Shown: positions 39,215-51,400 of the stretch, piece by piece
Position numbering within the stretch: the stretch's first letter is position 1
Layout: every line of letters begins with the position of its first letter
Assembly (NCBI GenBank): GCA_030390025.1
Contig: CM059431.1
Coordinates: forward strand, 110,362,001-110,426,000
Source of the DNA: Squalus acanthias
Taxonomy: Eukaryota
DNA length: 64,000 nt
Direction of reading: 5' to 3'
Made by a program: the position numbers and the translations under genes
The notes under the pieces: generated by a model
What the model was told of the DNA's origin: nothing
Database searches by the model: none
Seen by the model: only the letters and a program-made list of their open reading frames with translations

Positions 39215-42098
39215 GGCTGCTGCAGGTGCTGAGGTCATTGGGAATACTGTGATTGCAACAATCAACAATGGCTGACCAAGAGAGTGAGCGGGCACCAAGG
39301 TGTTTGGACACTGCACTGGAGATCTTGGTTGAAGAGTTGAAACGGAGGAGAGAGGTCCTGTACCCTCCAGACACATGCTCAGAAGGCAGTCGCAAGAGAT
39401 GGCGGAGGAGGTCAAGGCCAGGAGCATAGCTCCAAGAAAATCGATGCAGTGCAGGAAGAAGTTTAATGATCTCACATGAGTGGTCAAGCTCAGTAAATGC
39501 ATCTTCAAATGCACCACTAGCCTCAGCCACCTCTCAATACACCACGCCCCCATCACTCACCTACCAACAATCCCTATCAATCGGGACTCATACCAAACAT
39601 TCATATGCTTCACCTCACCCTCACACATTTAGCACTGATGCAAGCCTCAAACCCACATCTCACAGCTTGCACACATTGCCAGCTATTCAACCATGACAGT
39701 CACATCACCCACACAGATTCCACGACACTCACTGACACACTACCCTCTCTTTTGCAGGAGAAGGTGGCACACAACTGGAGACAGCAGGAATTAACCTGGT
39801 GCACCTGCATGTTCTAATCCCCATGGAGGAGTCGGTGCTGGCCATTATGGGAAGAGCCATTGCTAAGGCCATAGCCACCAGCAGGACTGAAGCCATTGAA
39901 GTTGAGGGTATCCGCATACCTAATCCTCCTCCTTTCATCCCACTTCTCCCTCATCCCATAATCTCTTCTGACAGAGAAGCTGCTGATGGTGTAAGCACAC
40001 ACTTCTTACTTTCTGCTCTCCCCTCACCACAACCGTACACTTGTCCCTTTTTCCTTTCAGATACCCAAGAACTGCAACCTGCCCAGGCAGTGGAGGAAGA
40101 GCAAGAAGACAGTAATGATGAAGACGCACCATCACTCGATTTCACAGTCACAGCCACCAGCTCAGATACTGACACTGCGCGTAATTTAGAGGATGGCATA
40201 GAGGCGGAATCTGCACGTGGTGAGACACCGGGCATGAGTGCACTGCAGCCAGGGCGGGGGGGGAAATTATAGCACAGGTGACAGCTCGCCGGAGGGCGAA
40301 GTCGCACACTAGTTCTGCTGCAGAGGCCTCAGATGATGACTTTGATTGGACCAGGCTACAAAAGAAGGCTGATGGGTAAACACACCCAAATGCTTGGTGC
40401 ACTGGAAAACCTGCCAGAAAGCCTGCGCTCAATGCCAAGGAGCATGGAGGATTCCAGCACCAACTTGGCGCAGGGCTTTGCGCAGAGCTTGGAGCCCATC
40501 CTTTCCAACATGGAACGGATGTCAACCTCCAGCAGCACACCTGTGAAACCAACCACGATGCAGCATTTGATGGCTGATGTATCAGCATCCATTGCAGCAC
40601 AAGCAGCAGCCACCCAACGTCTGAGTGCTGCCATGGAAGCTCAGATTGCTGCCACCATGGCTCTGGATACCAGTGTGCAAAGGGGCTTCCAGGGTGTCAC
40701 AGCACTCCAGCAATCTGTTCTCCAACAGATCTACTCCCTAAAAGGCCCTCTGCGGATATGGCCTCCTGCTGAGGGCCCTTCTCCCCCTCCTCCTCCTCCT
40801 CCACCCTCTTCTAGCAGCTTGTCCTGGTCTGTGTGGCCTCTGCTCATTCTCCCAGTCATGCTCAATCCCAAGAGGATGCCTTCCCAGGCCACCCATGTCT
40901 GGAAGCAACTGGTTTGTGCACAAGCCTTTAAGTCACCAAAAAAGTACTTCAGCACTAGCCAGACCACACTCTGTACACCATTGAAACTTTAACCAACTAT
41001 AGAAAACACCCAAAACTCGTAGGGGGAAAAATTGAGTCGCGCCCCCTTTGGGACGCTAACTTCGCCGGGGCGCTACTTTTAGAGCCCCGAAAAAGTTAGC
41101 GCCCCCGCGGTCGAAATTCATCGGTAGCACCCCAAGAGGGAAGCGGGGTACTACTGGAAGTGCCCCACCTCCCTCTTGGGGCACTGCGAGGGAATATCGC
41201 GGCGTTACGTGCCGCGGTATTGCAGGCCTTCCTCTCCTTTTAAAGGGGAAGGGCCTAGCGCAGCGCGACCCAGAGCCCAGCTGGGCCACCAGGGATCAGA
41301 GTGCCGGCAAAACCACTCAAGAGAAGTGCCGGGCTCATGGACCGCAGCCAGCACTCCGTGGGGGGGCTGCAGAGGAGGCCGGGGACGGCAACGGGGGCAG
41401 GTGTTGGCAGGTGGCCAGCAACAAAAATGGCCGCCCGGCACTTCGCATTTAATTAGCGCCGCCCTGGCCACAGGTTGGCCCCCCTGACCCCGTCGGACAT
41501 AGTATTCAATGTTAAGTCAGGGGGCGCTACTGAAGATCGCGGCTGGGGCGTGAGTGGGGCGCTGCGCACGGTGATGACATCATCGCCGGCAGCGCAACGC
41601 CGCGGGGCGCTAACGGTTACCGCCGCCGCTAACCTCCCGCTGAATTTTGCAGGAGGCATTGGCAGTGCCGCACCCGTGCAAAGCAACTGAATTTTCCCCG
41701 CATAGAATTGCAGCGACAGCCAGAAGAAATAAACCAGCAACTAACCTGCAAGTAGTTGATGAACCCTTTAAATAGTGCTGGTGGGAGGGTCGTTCATGCT
41801 GCTTAATGTCATGTTCAGCTGTGCGAAGTTAAGAGAGTGTATCGGCTGGAGCCAGGAGCTCCAAAATGGCAGCGCTGGCGTTGAATCAGCGTTGTATGCT
41901 GATTGATGTCATGATCTACCTGCTCTGCGTGTTGTCGGCGGATGTTAGGAGCGCGTGCACTAACCCCTTTACAAATATGGCGTCGGGCGCACTTACTGTT
42001 GGAAGTGTGCACGCAGGCGCCATGGACGCCATTTTGGACACTTAAGGGGCCTCGTAGCGCTCAAAAAGCAGGCATTACCGAGCCAAATTCCCCCCCCC
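39215..42098. mobile_element. Degenerate, internally deleted Harbinger element: Myb/SANT gene relic (+) and transposase N-terminus (-)
   Basis: MADQESERAPR...LEILVEE...CRKKFNDLT* at ~39268-39480; ORF 40333 resembles exon 3 of the 58552 gene; RRALSRRPYPQRAFRE (-, ~40735-40900) matches the transposase N-terminus; ends AATTCCCCCC. Confidence 0.7.
41022..41700. mobile_element. Harbinger-type MITE nested in the degenerate Harbinger
   Basis: GGGGGAAAAATTGAG ... CTGAATTTTCCCC TIRs. Confidence 0.7.
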
Positions 42099-43313
42099 AC
42101 TCCATGATCATTGGAGATGCTATCCTCAGGAAGTTTGGTTGGCAACTTCCAGGACAGCCTGACAAGTCTGTATATAACTACACTGGAATTTGTAAAGCTT
42201 TATTTCTTCTTTTAAGGTGCGGAGGTGGTACTCCCTTTGTCCGCTACCAGGTGAAATGTCACTGTGGCTGAGGTCTGAAATTTAGGTGCATATTGAAACC
42301 AGGTTCAGTGATATATAGCTTTTCCAATACGCAATATACTTACCAGTAACTCAAAATGTCGCTGTACATGACAGGTATTTATATAATTTAAGTTACTTTA
42401 GTCAGCTGTATACTGAGTGGATCTGCTGAAACAGGCCTGATTATGCGTATTGTTATATCTGCTTCCAGCTAGGCGTGCGGCTTGGCTGTTCTGTGTCCCA
42501 ATAAATTATCCAACTATGTCCACATTCCATCTAAACAGGATAATGAAGAACAACTTGAAGCTTGTCCTGAACATCTGTTAGAATTCGCCTTATATATCTG
42601 TTGTGTCTCCAGCTGTGCGATGTCGTTTGTGTGATATCTTAGCCAAACAATGGCAAGCTCTCCCTCTCACTGTAGCCCTTCTTGTAATTCCTGGTGAGGT
42701 TCTTCTAAATCAGTGGCTATCTGGCTTGTCCATCTCCAGCCTATGCATGAGTATTGGAGCAAGCAAATATTTTATTATAAAATCAACGGAACGGAAAAAA
42801 ATATATTAATCAGCTTCATTGACCTTCACACTTCCCTGTCGTAAACTGGAGGTGCATTTAGGACTCAATTCTCCAAACATTTGCTGATAGTTTTATTTGA
42901 GTTCTTACACTTGAGATGAAGGTAAACCATTAGAATCCATCATTCACCTGCTAACAAATCCAGTTAGGAACAGTTCTAGTCAATTGACTTACTGAATTAT
43001 GAGCTGAGATTTAAGCACACTGGTGAACCTTCTTTGTATTGAGCTTAATTATTCAGCCACTAAATTGGTGCAGAGTGCTTGCTGCAAATAGCTTTTGTTC
43101 CTATGACACAAAATGTCACTTATCTGAACAAACAAGAGCAAACTCCTGTTCCCACACCATAGACAGAGTACAGGTGCTAAACTAAAAATTGTTTTAGTTT
43201 GTTATTTATAAAAACTTTGATGGATGTCCAAGATGTATCTTTTTGAGGTTTTTTTTCAATAAAATTATTTCTCTTCCACCTTTTACGATCTTCCCGGGCC
43301 GTACAGAAATAGT

Positions 43314-43665
43314 GGCCCCGGTATTTACAGAGAGGCGGGGAGGGTGCGAGGGAGGCCGAAAACAGCCGAAGAACCTTTAGGCCAGGTCACAGAGGTCCTG
43401 CCGAACTTAACGGCAGGATTTTATTGTCATTATTTGGATCCGTTTCCCACCCAGCCGCCGATCAAATTGACAGCCTGGCCGACGGCCTGGGGGGGATCAA
43501 CCAGCAGCAGGCGGCCACAGCCGGGGACGGTCCCCGACAATCGGGAGGAGAGAAGGTCGGCCATCATAGCGGGGGTAAGGGGGAAGAAGGGGGAGAAGGT
43601 TGGCGATAGGGATTAGGGGAGCGAGAGGCAGCGATTGGCAAGGGTGTAGGCCGAAGGCTTCCTTG
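43314..43665. mobile_element. Left half of a GC-rich MITE split by the provirus
   Basis: GGCCCCGGTATTTAC terminus; the sequence resumes at 56490 after the CTTG TSD. Confidence 0.5.
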
Positions 43666-45336
43666 TGTAAGGGTTTTGACCCGTGTGGCTCTGTGCTCAG
43701 CCTGGGTGCTAGTGCGAGGTTAGGCCTTGTTGCCTGTTCTGGTCTCCAGCCAGTCTGGGAGCACTAGACACCTGTGAGTGGTTCGACCCACTCGCCCTTA
43801 CGGTTCTGACACTGGACTTAGATGCGAGAGCAATAATGGAGAGAAAACTCAGGTAGACCCGGTTGAATGGTACGAAATGGAAAATCTTTATTGCATATTA
43901 TTCAAGATTACGAAATACATGTCATAAGCACAGATTAATGACAGTACAATCTTACACGCAGTTATGTAACTAATTTCAGGGAAACGAGGAACGAACGACA
44001 CATCGTAAATGGGGGCACACATTACAGTTATCCTTAAAACTTAAACCCTCCCCTATCAATACCTGCTCTAAACTAGATTTGTAGGATCGAGACTCATGCT
44101 CACCACTCGTGATAACTCGGAGAATTCCGAAAACTCTGCTCGGATGTTTTTACCGCAGCACCTGATCACCCACGTGTTGATCAGGGGTCTCTGTACCCCA
44201 CTTGTTTACTCGTTTCTGCTCCGGCTAGCAGGCTGGACTGTCTGCTGTCATGAAGATCTGTGTTGTTCTCGGAGTTCCGACACTACTCAAAAAAAAAAAG
44301 TCTTCCTGTGCCCTCGCCCTGATGCGATAAAACTCGAAGAATAGTCTTCCGATGCCAGTTCTGTAAAGCTCAAAAGATAGTCTTCCTGGGCAAGGAAATT
44401 GTCTATTTGACCTACAGGCGCGGTCGGGGCTTACTGACCGTGGCGAAACGTATGGTCGTCTTCTTCTCTTCTCATCTCATCTCATCTCATCTCGGGCCTT
44501 CGGTTCCAACACCGTTTACCGACTTCTCGGGATGGTGTGCCCATTTCAAGGCTTCACAGCCCAGTTCCACACAGATCTTCGCGGCAAGCCACGAGGCTGA
44601 TTCTGGCGGATCAGAAAGTTCAACAGTCTTTCAGCAAGTCAAACAGCAAGAGCTGCAAGAGGCAGAGGCACGATGCAAGCGGCAAGAGGCAGGAGAATAA
44701 GAGAAAGATGGACGGTTGTAGTTTACAGTTATAGTGCTGAAACTCTTCTTTTCCCGCCCAACCTTAATGTCTTTTCTTTTGTTAGGGTTTTGGCGCTCAA
44801 ATTTCTTGTATAGGGTGATCTCCGTTTTAATGGGTTTCGGGGATACTCGTAACTGTCTGAGTACCTGTTAATATTTTTCCCATTGTGTAACCGGTCAGTA
44901 TTCTCCCTGGAGGGGTTTTGGGGCTTCCAAATGTTTTCTGTAACTACCCGCAAACGGCTCTCTCATCGTAGAGTCGTGGGGATTTTGCATATTAATGTCT
45001 TTGGATGGGTTCTCGATCGCTTGGTACAATAGCCCTTATTCGCACCTGGGAGACCGATTTCAGTATTTATGTGTATACTGCAAACCCATAATGTCTCGTG
45101 TATTATCTCAAATGTGCTGAGTCTTGATCGATCTCGCACAAATGTTTATTGGAACGCCATCTTGTCTGCTTATCGAAAAGTCTAGAATGTTCTGCCACGA
45201 GGCGTGGCGGCCATTTTACAGGCTGCTTGTGTCCACTTTGAAAACCTGACAGCATTCTGCTGAAATAAAGCTGTTTGAACGAAACTATGTGTTTTCTCCT
45301 TATTTATAAAATCGCGATTATATTGCGAATTCTACA
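43666..45336 (-). repeat. 3' LTR (1671 bp)
   Basis: Direct repeat of 54819-56489; TG...CA ends; AATAAA on the minus strand at 43887-43892. Confidence 0.97.
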
Positions 45337-45347
45337 GTCCCTCCTGT
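45337..45347 (-). promoter_or_regulatory. Polypurine tract
   Basis: ACAGGAGGGAC immediately before the 3' LTR on the minus strand. Confidence 0.7.
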
Positions 45348-45783
45348 TGATGCGAATAACTCCGCTTATCGTATCAAAAATATTGTGGTGAACAATATTA
45401 TCTCAATTTCTCCAGATCCAGAAAAATAATCCCCATAACTTAAACTATCTAGGGTCTTTGCGTCGTCCTTATTTCCCAGGAAAATTACATTCTTATAACA
45501 CCGCAGGCATTATTTGCCTTTAAACTTACACCACTTGTTTTCCTTCCAGGCATAACCAGGCCGATGCCTCTCGTATCACCTGTATATTCACATTTTTTTT
45601 TGGGAAAAGAAAAACAAAACAAAACCAAACAATCATATTCAACAAAAACACCATCACCAAAATAATCAAAACCAACTCTTAAACATGTCGAGTTCCAAAC
45701 GTAATTACAGTTTCTGAAAAATCACGATCGATTACAACACTTCCGAGGCGCACGTGGCAAACGGGAATGACGCCATTTTCTGA

Positions 45784-48135
45784 TTACACGGTGCTTTCAT
45801 CGTGCACGCGCACGTTACGTTCTCGCCACTCTCCCGTGTTTTCGTTCTTGGTGAGGCGTTTGCCTCTCTTACAATGTACGACCAATAAGTATACCACAAT
45901 AAACACTTGGCATACAACTAAAATGTGGGAGGCTATTCTAATCCAGGAAGGCACTTCAATGTTGGTGAACAGATTCCACCACGGTGGAATTACTATGTCC
46001 AGAATGTCTGTCCCTATTTCGACAGTTTTCTGCTCTAGTGTGTAAAAATGTTTTTGTGACACCGCGACGGCTTTTAAAAGCTTGGTGAGGTGTTCAGGGA
46101 GAGGGGGAATGAGGTATCCGAAATGCGCGACGAATCGCTGCAGGTCGGTGAAGTTCTCTTTTACGGTGAGATGAACCGTGGATGGTTCAGGGATTGGGAC
46201 AATTCGCTGTTGTGCTACTTGAACTTCCGCCCTGGGTTTGAAACAGAAACTGCTGTCACTCACCGGACACCGGCTACGGTTTCCATGCTGGTAGTGTTGC
46301 GCTGCAGTGGTAACACAATATGTTCCACCCCCGATGTATGCTACCTGCGGAGGCACATGATCTTGTGCCATTGCCTCCATGGTGCAATTCATGGACTTGG
46401 CACCAGCCGTTCTGAACCCGCACTGTGGTGTTAAAAAGGCATTCAAGTGCTGGGGACACAGTATTATGTGTGCTCCCCTGCCACGACAACCAGAGAGATC
46501 TGTACCTGTCATCGTTTGCTCCCAGCGGATGACGTAAGGTGGAACCGCTGCATAGCGAATGTGGGCTCCCCCCTGAATGACACCAATGTTCTCTACCCGA
46601 TACACCGGGGCGGGCTTTGCTGTGTCGCCCAAAACCGGCATACGTAACACTATACCCATAATGGTATGATTTGACCGTCCGCAGTCCACGGGGACTGGGT
46701 ATGCTTCTGAAGCTAGCCTGAGCTGGCACGGGCTTAATGCGTTCTGAAAAGGGTGGAGCGCCCGCAGGTGTTTGTTACTTATCCAGGACGGGACCAAACC
46801 TTGTTTTAAATCCTCCAAATTACTGCGGCCCTCGCCCAGTAACCACGCCCCGTAAAGCACGCACACCTCATTCTGCGCAGCTTGATCGGATGCATTCCGA
46901 TCTTCCCTAATCAGGGCATTTACCGTTCTCGCGTGTTTCTCTAGTTCAGCTATTATTTCTTTTAAATGTAGAGTCATGGCTTGGTCCTCGTGTAACCCAG
47001 ACCCAACCACCTTATTTTCATCTGTGAGAATGTCCTTTAATTGCGTTTTTAAGCCATTAATCTGGGTCTGCAGCTCCACGCTGTCTAGAGCGTTGACCAC
47101 AGATGTACCTGTGTTGAAAGCAGTGAACGCGTCGTTCACAACACCCCTTCTTTGTCTCCCCACCTGATCCAAAACTTCCTGTGGTGCGGTGTACAAACTT
47201 GTTTTATCAATTTCCGCGAAATCGAATTCGTAAAATTGTCTGAACATCTTGGTCAACAGGACCTGATATAACTGCTCCGTCTTTTTGGGGCACCACTCTG
47301 GTAACCGCACCTCGGTGAGATTTAAAATCACCGAGGCCACCGCGTAATGTACCCCCTGAAATAGTATCTGGTCTGTGGGGACCAGTACCAAACCATTCCC
47401 GGGTCCCTTACTGGTTTTAGGGCACCCTTCTTCCTTAGCTAGAACCACCGGAATCGTGGGCGGGGCTTTGCGTGGGCGCGTAATGAGTTCAGTGGCATTT
47501 ACCGGGATCGGGGAGAATGGGGCTCCGCACTCCCTGGTGCTCGCATCCCACCTCATCCCCTGTCCGTTATCCTGCCATTGATTAATGAAAAATATGGAGA
47601 TGCCTTTGGGGCAAACGTACTTTGACCCCCACATACATACATAAATTCCCTCATCCGGTTCCCACCATTTGTCCCAACAGACTCTCACTTGTCCGTTTGT
47701 CCCCGTAATTGTCCGATGGGTATTATTACCCAGTCGTTCCCACTTGACCGAAGAGTTCCTCATGTTTTTGCTCAGCTTTCGTAGCCACCACCATCGGCTC
47801 AATGGGACATTCCCACTACAAGTCAAACAAATCCGTTTGCCGACGGTGACGCTGATCCTGGGTGCGATGATCCTTACTTTGGGGCACAGTAAAGAAGTCT
47901 CTTGGTAGGCAAACCCCGATGTGCTGGAATACTCCGTTGAGTTCGTTCCCAGCCATCCTGGCCACCTTCCCTTGTGGAAATAGGTGGTGGTCTCCTCAGC
48001 CTCCCGTCTTCCGGTCCCATCCACCGCGATGGGGGCCGTGTCCCCGGAGCATCCAAACACCACGACATCCTTGGTGCGGCCTCGATAGGCCAATCCACAT
48101 CCGATTGCCGCGAGCAATACTAGAATTCGTTCCAT
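45784..48135 (-). CDS. env: Envelope glycoprotein, class I fusion (F-like), 783 aa
   Basis: Signal peptide MERILVLLAAIGCGLA; N-glycosylation sequons; furin site RQRR (aa 327-330) followed by a fusion-peptide-like segment and heptad repeat; Cys-rich region; C-terminal TM ILVVCQVFIVVYLLVVHC; short basic tail. Confidence 0.9.
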   Translation of the reverse strand: MERILVLLAAIGCGLAYRGRTKDVVVFGCSGDTAPIAVDGTGRREAEETTTYFHKGRWPGWLGTNSTEYSSTSGFAYQETSLLCPKVRIIAPRISVTVGKRICLTCSGNVPLSRWWWLRKLSKNMRNSSVKWERLGNNTHRTITGTNGQVRVCWDKWWEPDEGIYVCMWGSKYVCPKGISIFFINQWQDNGQGMRWDASTRECGAPFSPIPVNATELITRPRKAPPTIPVVLAKEEGCPKTSKGPGNGLVLVPTDQILFQGVHYAVASVILNLTEVRLPEWCPKKTEQLYQVLLTKMFRQFYEFDFAEIDKTSLYTAPQEVLDQVGRQRRGVVNDAFTAFNTGTSVVNALDSVELQTQINGLKTQLKDILTDENKVVGSGLHEDQAMTLHLKEIIAELEKHARTVNALIREDRNASDQAAQNEVCVLYGAWLLGEGRSNLEDLKQGLVPSWISNKHLRALHPFQNALSPCQLRLASEAYPVPVDCGRSNHTIMGIVLRMPVLGDTAKPAPVYRVENIGVIQGGAHIRYAAVPPYVIRWEQTMTGTDLSGCRGRGAHIILCPQHLNAFLTPQCGFRTAGAKSMNCTMEAMAQDHVPPQVAYIGGGTYCVTTAAQHYQHGNRSRCPVSDSSFCFKPRAEVQVAQQRIVPIPEPSTVHLTVKENFTDLQRFVAHFGYLIPPLPEHLTKLLKAVAVSQKHFYTLEQKTVEIGTDILDIVIPPWWNLFTNIEVPSWIRIASHILVVCQVFIVVYLLVVHCKRGKRLTKNENTGEWRERNVRVHDESTV

Positions 48136-48148
48136 CCTTCCTTGGTTC

Positions 48149-48170
48149 CTGTGATCAGATAGAATGAGGT
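48149..48170 (-). promoter_or_regulatory. Candidate env splice acceptor
   Basis: ACCTCATTCTATCTGATCACAG|G with 13 nt before the env ATG. Confidence 0.55.
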
Positions 48171-48254
48171 AGCCAGCCTCGCAAGAGTCTCTGATTTTGT
48201 GAAGGGTGAGCGGGTCCCCTGACCTCGCCTCACGTAAGAAGACATGTGCGCTGG

Positions 48255-48450
48255 ATAAACTTTAACTAATCCTATCTCTAAAACTCCCATCATTTTACAT
48301 CCTTAAACAAAATTAAACTACCGACTTAAACCGATTTAAAACTATAACCTTATAACCTTATCTAAAACTATAAACTTATTCTTAACCTTAAACTATAAAC
48401 TTATTCTTAACCTTGAACTATAAACTTAGAAACTTATCCTAAACTTATTA
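48255..48450. repeat. AT-rich imperfect tandem repeats in the pol-env spacer
   Basis: Recurring AACTATAAACTTATTCTTAACCTT units (~25 bp). Confidence 0.75.
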
Positions 48451-48484
48451 CTGTACAGCGCCGCCCATTCCCAGGGCGGCCCAT

Positions 48485-51400
48485 TTAAATTCTGAAAAGG
48501 CTGCCACGAGCCTTTCCCGACGGTGGGAGGGCATTGACCCCTCCCTTTGATCTGCCGCAGCCTGTTGCTGCTGCGCTGGGACTGGGCTCTCCCTGGGCTG
48601 CCTTAACCTTGAGCCTACGCCTTGGGATACTCTGGGGACTTGACCATACCTTCCTGGGCTGGGGTATCCGACCTGACCTACGGAGAGTTACCGGGGGCAG
48701 GAACTCCAGGACCGACGGACCGGGTTCCGAGACTTCCACCGTGGCGACCTGTGGTCCCGCCACAGTCGCTGGCTCCGCCTCCCCTGGCTCCGCCTCCCCT
48801 GGCTCCGCCTCCCTGAACTCGGGATCTGCAGCTTGTGGCACTGCCCTACTCGGCCCAGTAGGCGGCCCTTCACTCGCAGTCCCTACCTCCCTCGAGGGCA
48901 GGACGTTCAAGGCGGGCGGCTCGGGCTCTGAGGCTTCCTTCGCCACGCCCTGTGGTCCCATCACAGCGGCTGGCTCCGCCTCCCCTGGCTCCTCCCCCCT
49001 GCGTTCGGGACCTGCAGCTTCGGCTTCCACCCTGTGTGGATCTCTATCTGCAGCCCCTGTCCCCCCTATACCTGAATCGGGGGCGACCCTTTCGTCCTCC
49101 GATTCCAGCTCTTCCTCGTCACTATCTTCACTATCCTCACTTTCACTATCTTCGTCGAGCTCCTTGAACTCACCCTCATCTGACTCCCAACCCCACAAAA
49201 ATGTCTCATAATTTTCCAGGATGTCCCCTTCCCTGATGCAAGCTGCTTTGCCTGCCTGTGTGCCCTGTGGCCCTACCTGGGGCTGCGAGTCCCCACTCGC
49301 AGGTTTTGCCCCTGTGGTTGGCCCTTGTGTACCTGGCTTGTACAGTTTGCACTGGTTTACGTGGAACCACTTAGTGCGCCGAGGTACCTTTACGGCGTAT
49401 ACCATGGGACTCGCCTTATCTACAATGTTGTAGGGTCCCATATACAGTGGTTCCAGACTCCCTACTCTGGCGTAGTTTCTGACCATGACCTGGTCTCCTA
49501 CTTCCCACTCCCGCGTTTTGCGGGGTTCCAGCAACAGGCGATTGCCCTGATGCTGCCTTCCCATGTTCCCAGCCGCCTGCTCATAAACCTGTTTCAGGCG
49601 CTCCAAGAGGGTCTGGACGAACTTGTCCCTGCTTATCTCTTGGAGCTGACCCTCAGTGAGCACCGGCGCTAGCACATGGGTGGGGGTTCGCATGATCCTC
49701 CTAGTCATCACCTCGTGCGGGGAATACCCCGTACTTTTCGACTGACTGGCCCGGACCCCCATGAGGACAAAAGGCAGAACCTCCGCCCATTTTTGGGGCG
49801 AGTTCATAGTCTCTTTCCTCAATTTCTCCTTCAGGGTCCGGTTCATGCGTTCAACAATCCCGGATGACTGGGGATTGTGCGCTACGTGCCATTTCCCTTC
49901 AATGCCCAAAAGCATGAGGGTGTTCTGCATCACCTGGCCGGTGAAATGACTCCCTTGGTCTGACTCCACAAAACGGGGGAGTCCCCACCGTGAGAACACT
50001 TCCCGGACCAAGATTTTTGCAGTACCCAGTGCCGTAGCTGTTCTACAGGGGAAGGCTTCCACCCATTTGGAAAACACATCCACCAAGACGAGGCAGTATT
50101 TATAGCCTCCCTGGGTGGTGGGCAGGGGCCCTATATAGTCGATCTGTATCGACTGCCATGGTCCCTCTACCCTCCTGACGTGCCCCATGGGCACTTTCCT
50201 TTTCTGGGGGTCTGGGTTGTTTGCAGCACACACGAGACAGCTTGCACAGAACTCGCGGACCTGTTCCCTGAGCCCCGGCCACCATCCCGCTTGCTCTACC
50301 CGTTGCCAGGTAACCTCGGGCCCGGGGTGCCCTGCCCCTGGTCCCTCGTGAGCCAACTGGAGGAATTCCCTCCTGTGCTGCTGCGGCACAACCCACTGCT
50401 CCTCGCGGAACAGCATGCCTTCCTTAACTGAGAGGGTTGCCGTACTGTACGGACCCTCTACCTGCTTCCCCTCAGCAAGGGTTTTGAGGACTGCTTTTAG
50501 GGCGGGATCCTGGTTCTGGACGGTCTTAAGGTCTCGGGGCAATGCTACCCTGGTGTTCCCGGGATTCCCGTCCCTGCCTTGGATCGCTGCCATGGGTCTG
50601 GGCCCATAGGGGTCCCAGAAAATGCCGTTGCGGGCACCTTCCCTGGCTAGCGCATCCGCCTGCTGGTTGCCTTCCCCAAGGGGCTCTGTGGAGGAGTGAG
50701 CCTTCACCTTATGGATGAAAATCTCCCCTTCCTCACCTACTGCTGCTAGGATCTTTTCCAGCAAGGGCTTCACCGTTAAAGGTCGCCCGTCCGCGGAGGT
50801 GTATCCACGGCGGGACCAAATGGCCAGGTATTCCGTACACGAATTGCATGTGAACATACTGTCCGAGCAAATCGTGTATGGGGTTGGGAAAATTTCTGGG
50901 TGGGTAACGACGTACACCACTGCAGATAGCTCAGCCTGCTGCGCGCTCATGGTGCTAGGGAGCTTGATCGCCAGGGCAAGGTTTGCCGCAGGGTCATAAA
51001 CTCCACACCCTGTGAGTCGTTCGCCAGCGGACACTGTGCTGGAACCATCAACATAAATCTCGCGCCCAGTGGGATGTATCCCGGCCCGCAAACCTATGTT
51101 GACTTCCCACACCCCTTCCACCGAACACTGGTGGGCTGTACCGGGGTATACCAAATTGGCCGCAAGCCTGGGCTCGCAAAGACCTTTAACTCTAAGATCC
51201 ATCTGGGAAAGAAGAAGGGTCCAGCGCGCAATACGCACGCTGCTTACGGTCCCATCTTTAATCCTCCCATCTAGAAGCATCTTAGTTGGTGTGTGATGGG
51301 TGAGGAGAGTGATGGGAGAGAGCCCTGTGAAGATCGCTGATCTTTTCACAGCCCAATGCGTGGCTAAAAGGCGCCTTTCGCAATTGGAGAAACTTCTCTC

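Noticed and set aside
44096..44953. Short ORFs within the LTRs (duplicated at 55249-56106)
   Set aside because: Under 100 aa, mostly antisense, no motifs; the duplication only reflects LTR identity
48534..49211. 225-aa plus-strand ORF antisense to the pol tail
   Set aside because: Low-complexity mirror of the GC-rich repetitive pol tail; non-ATG start; no recognisable domain
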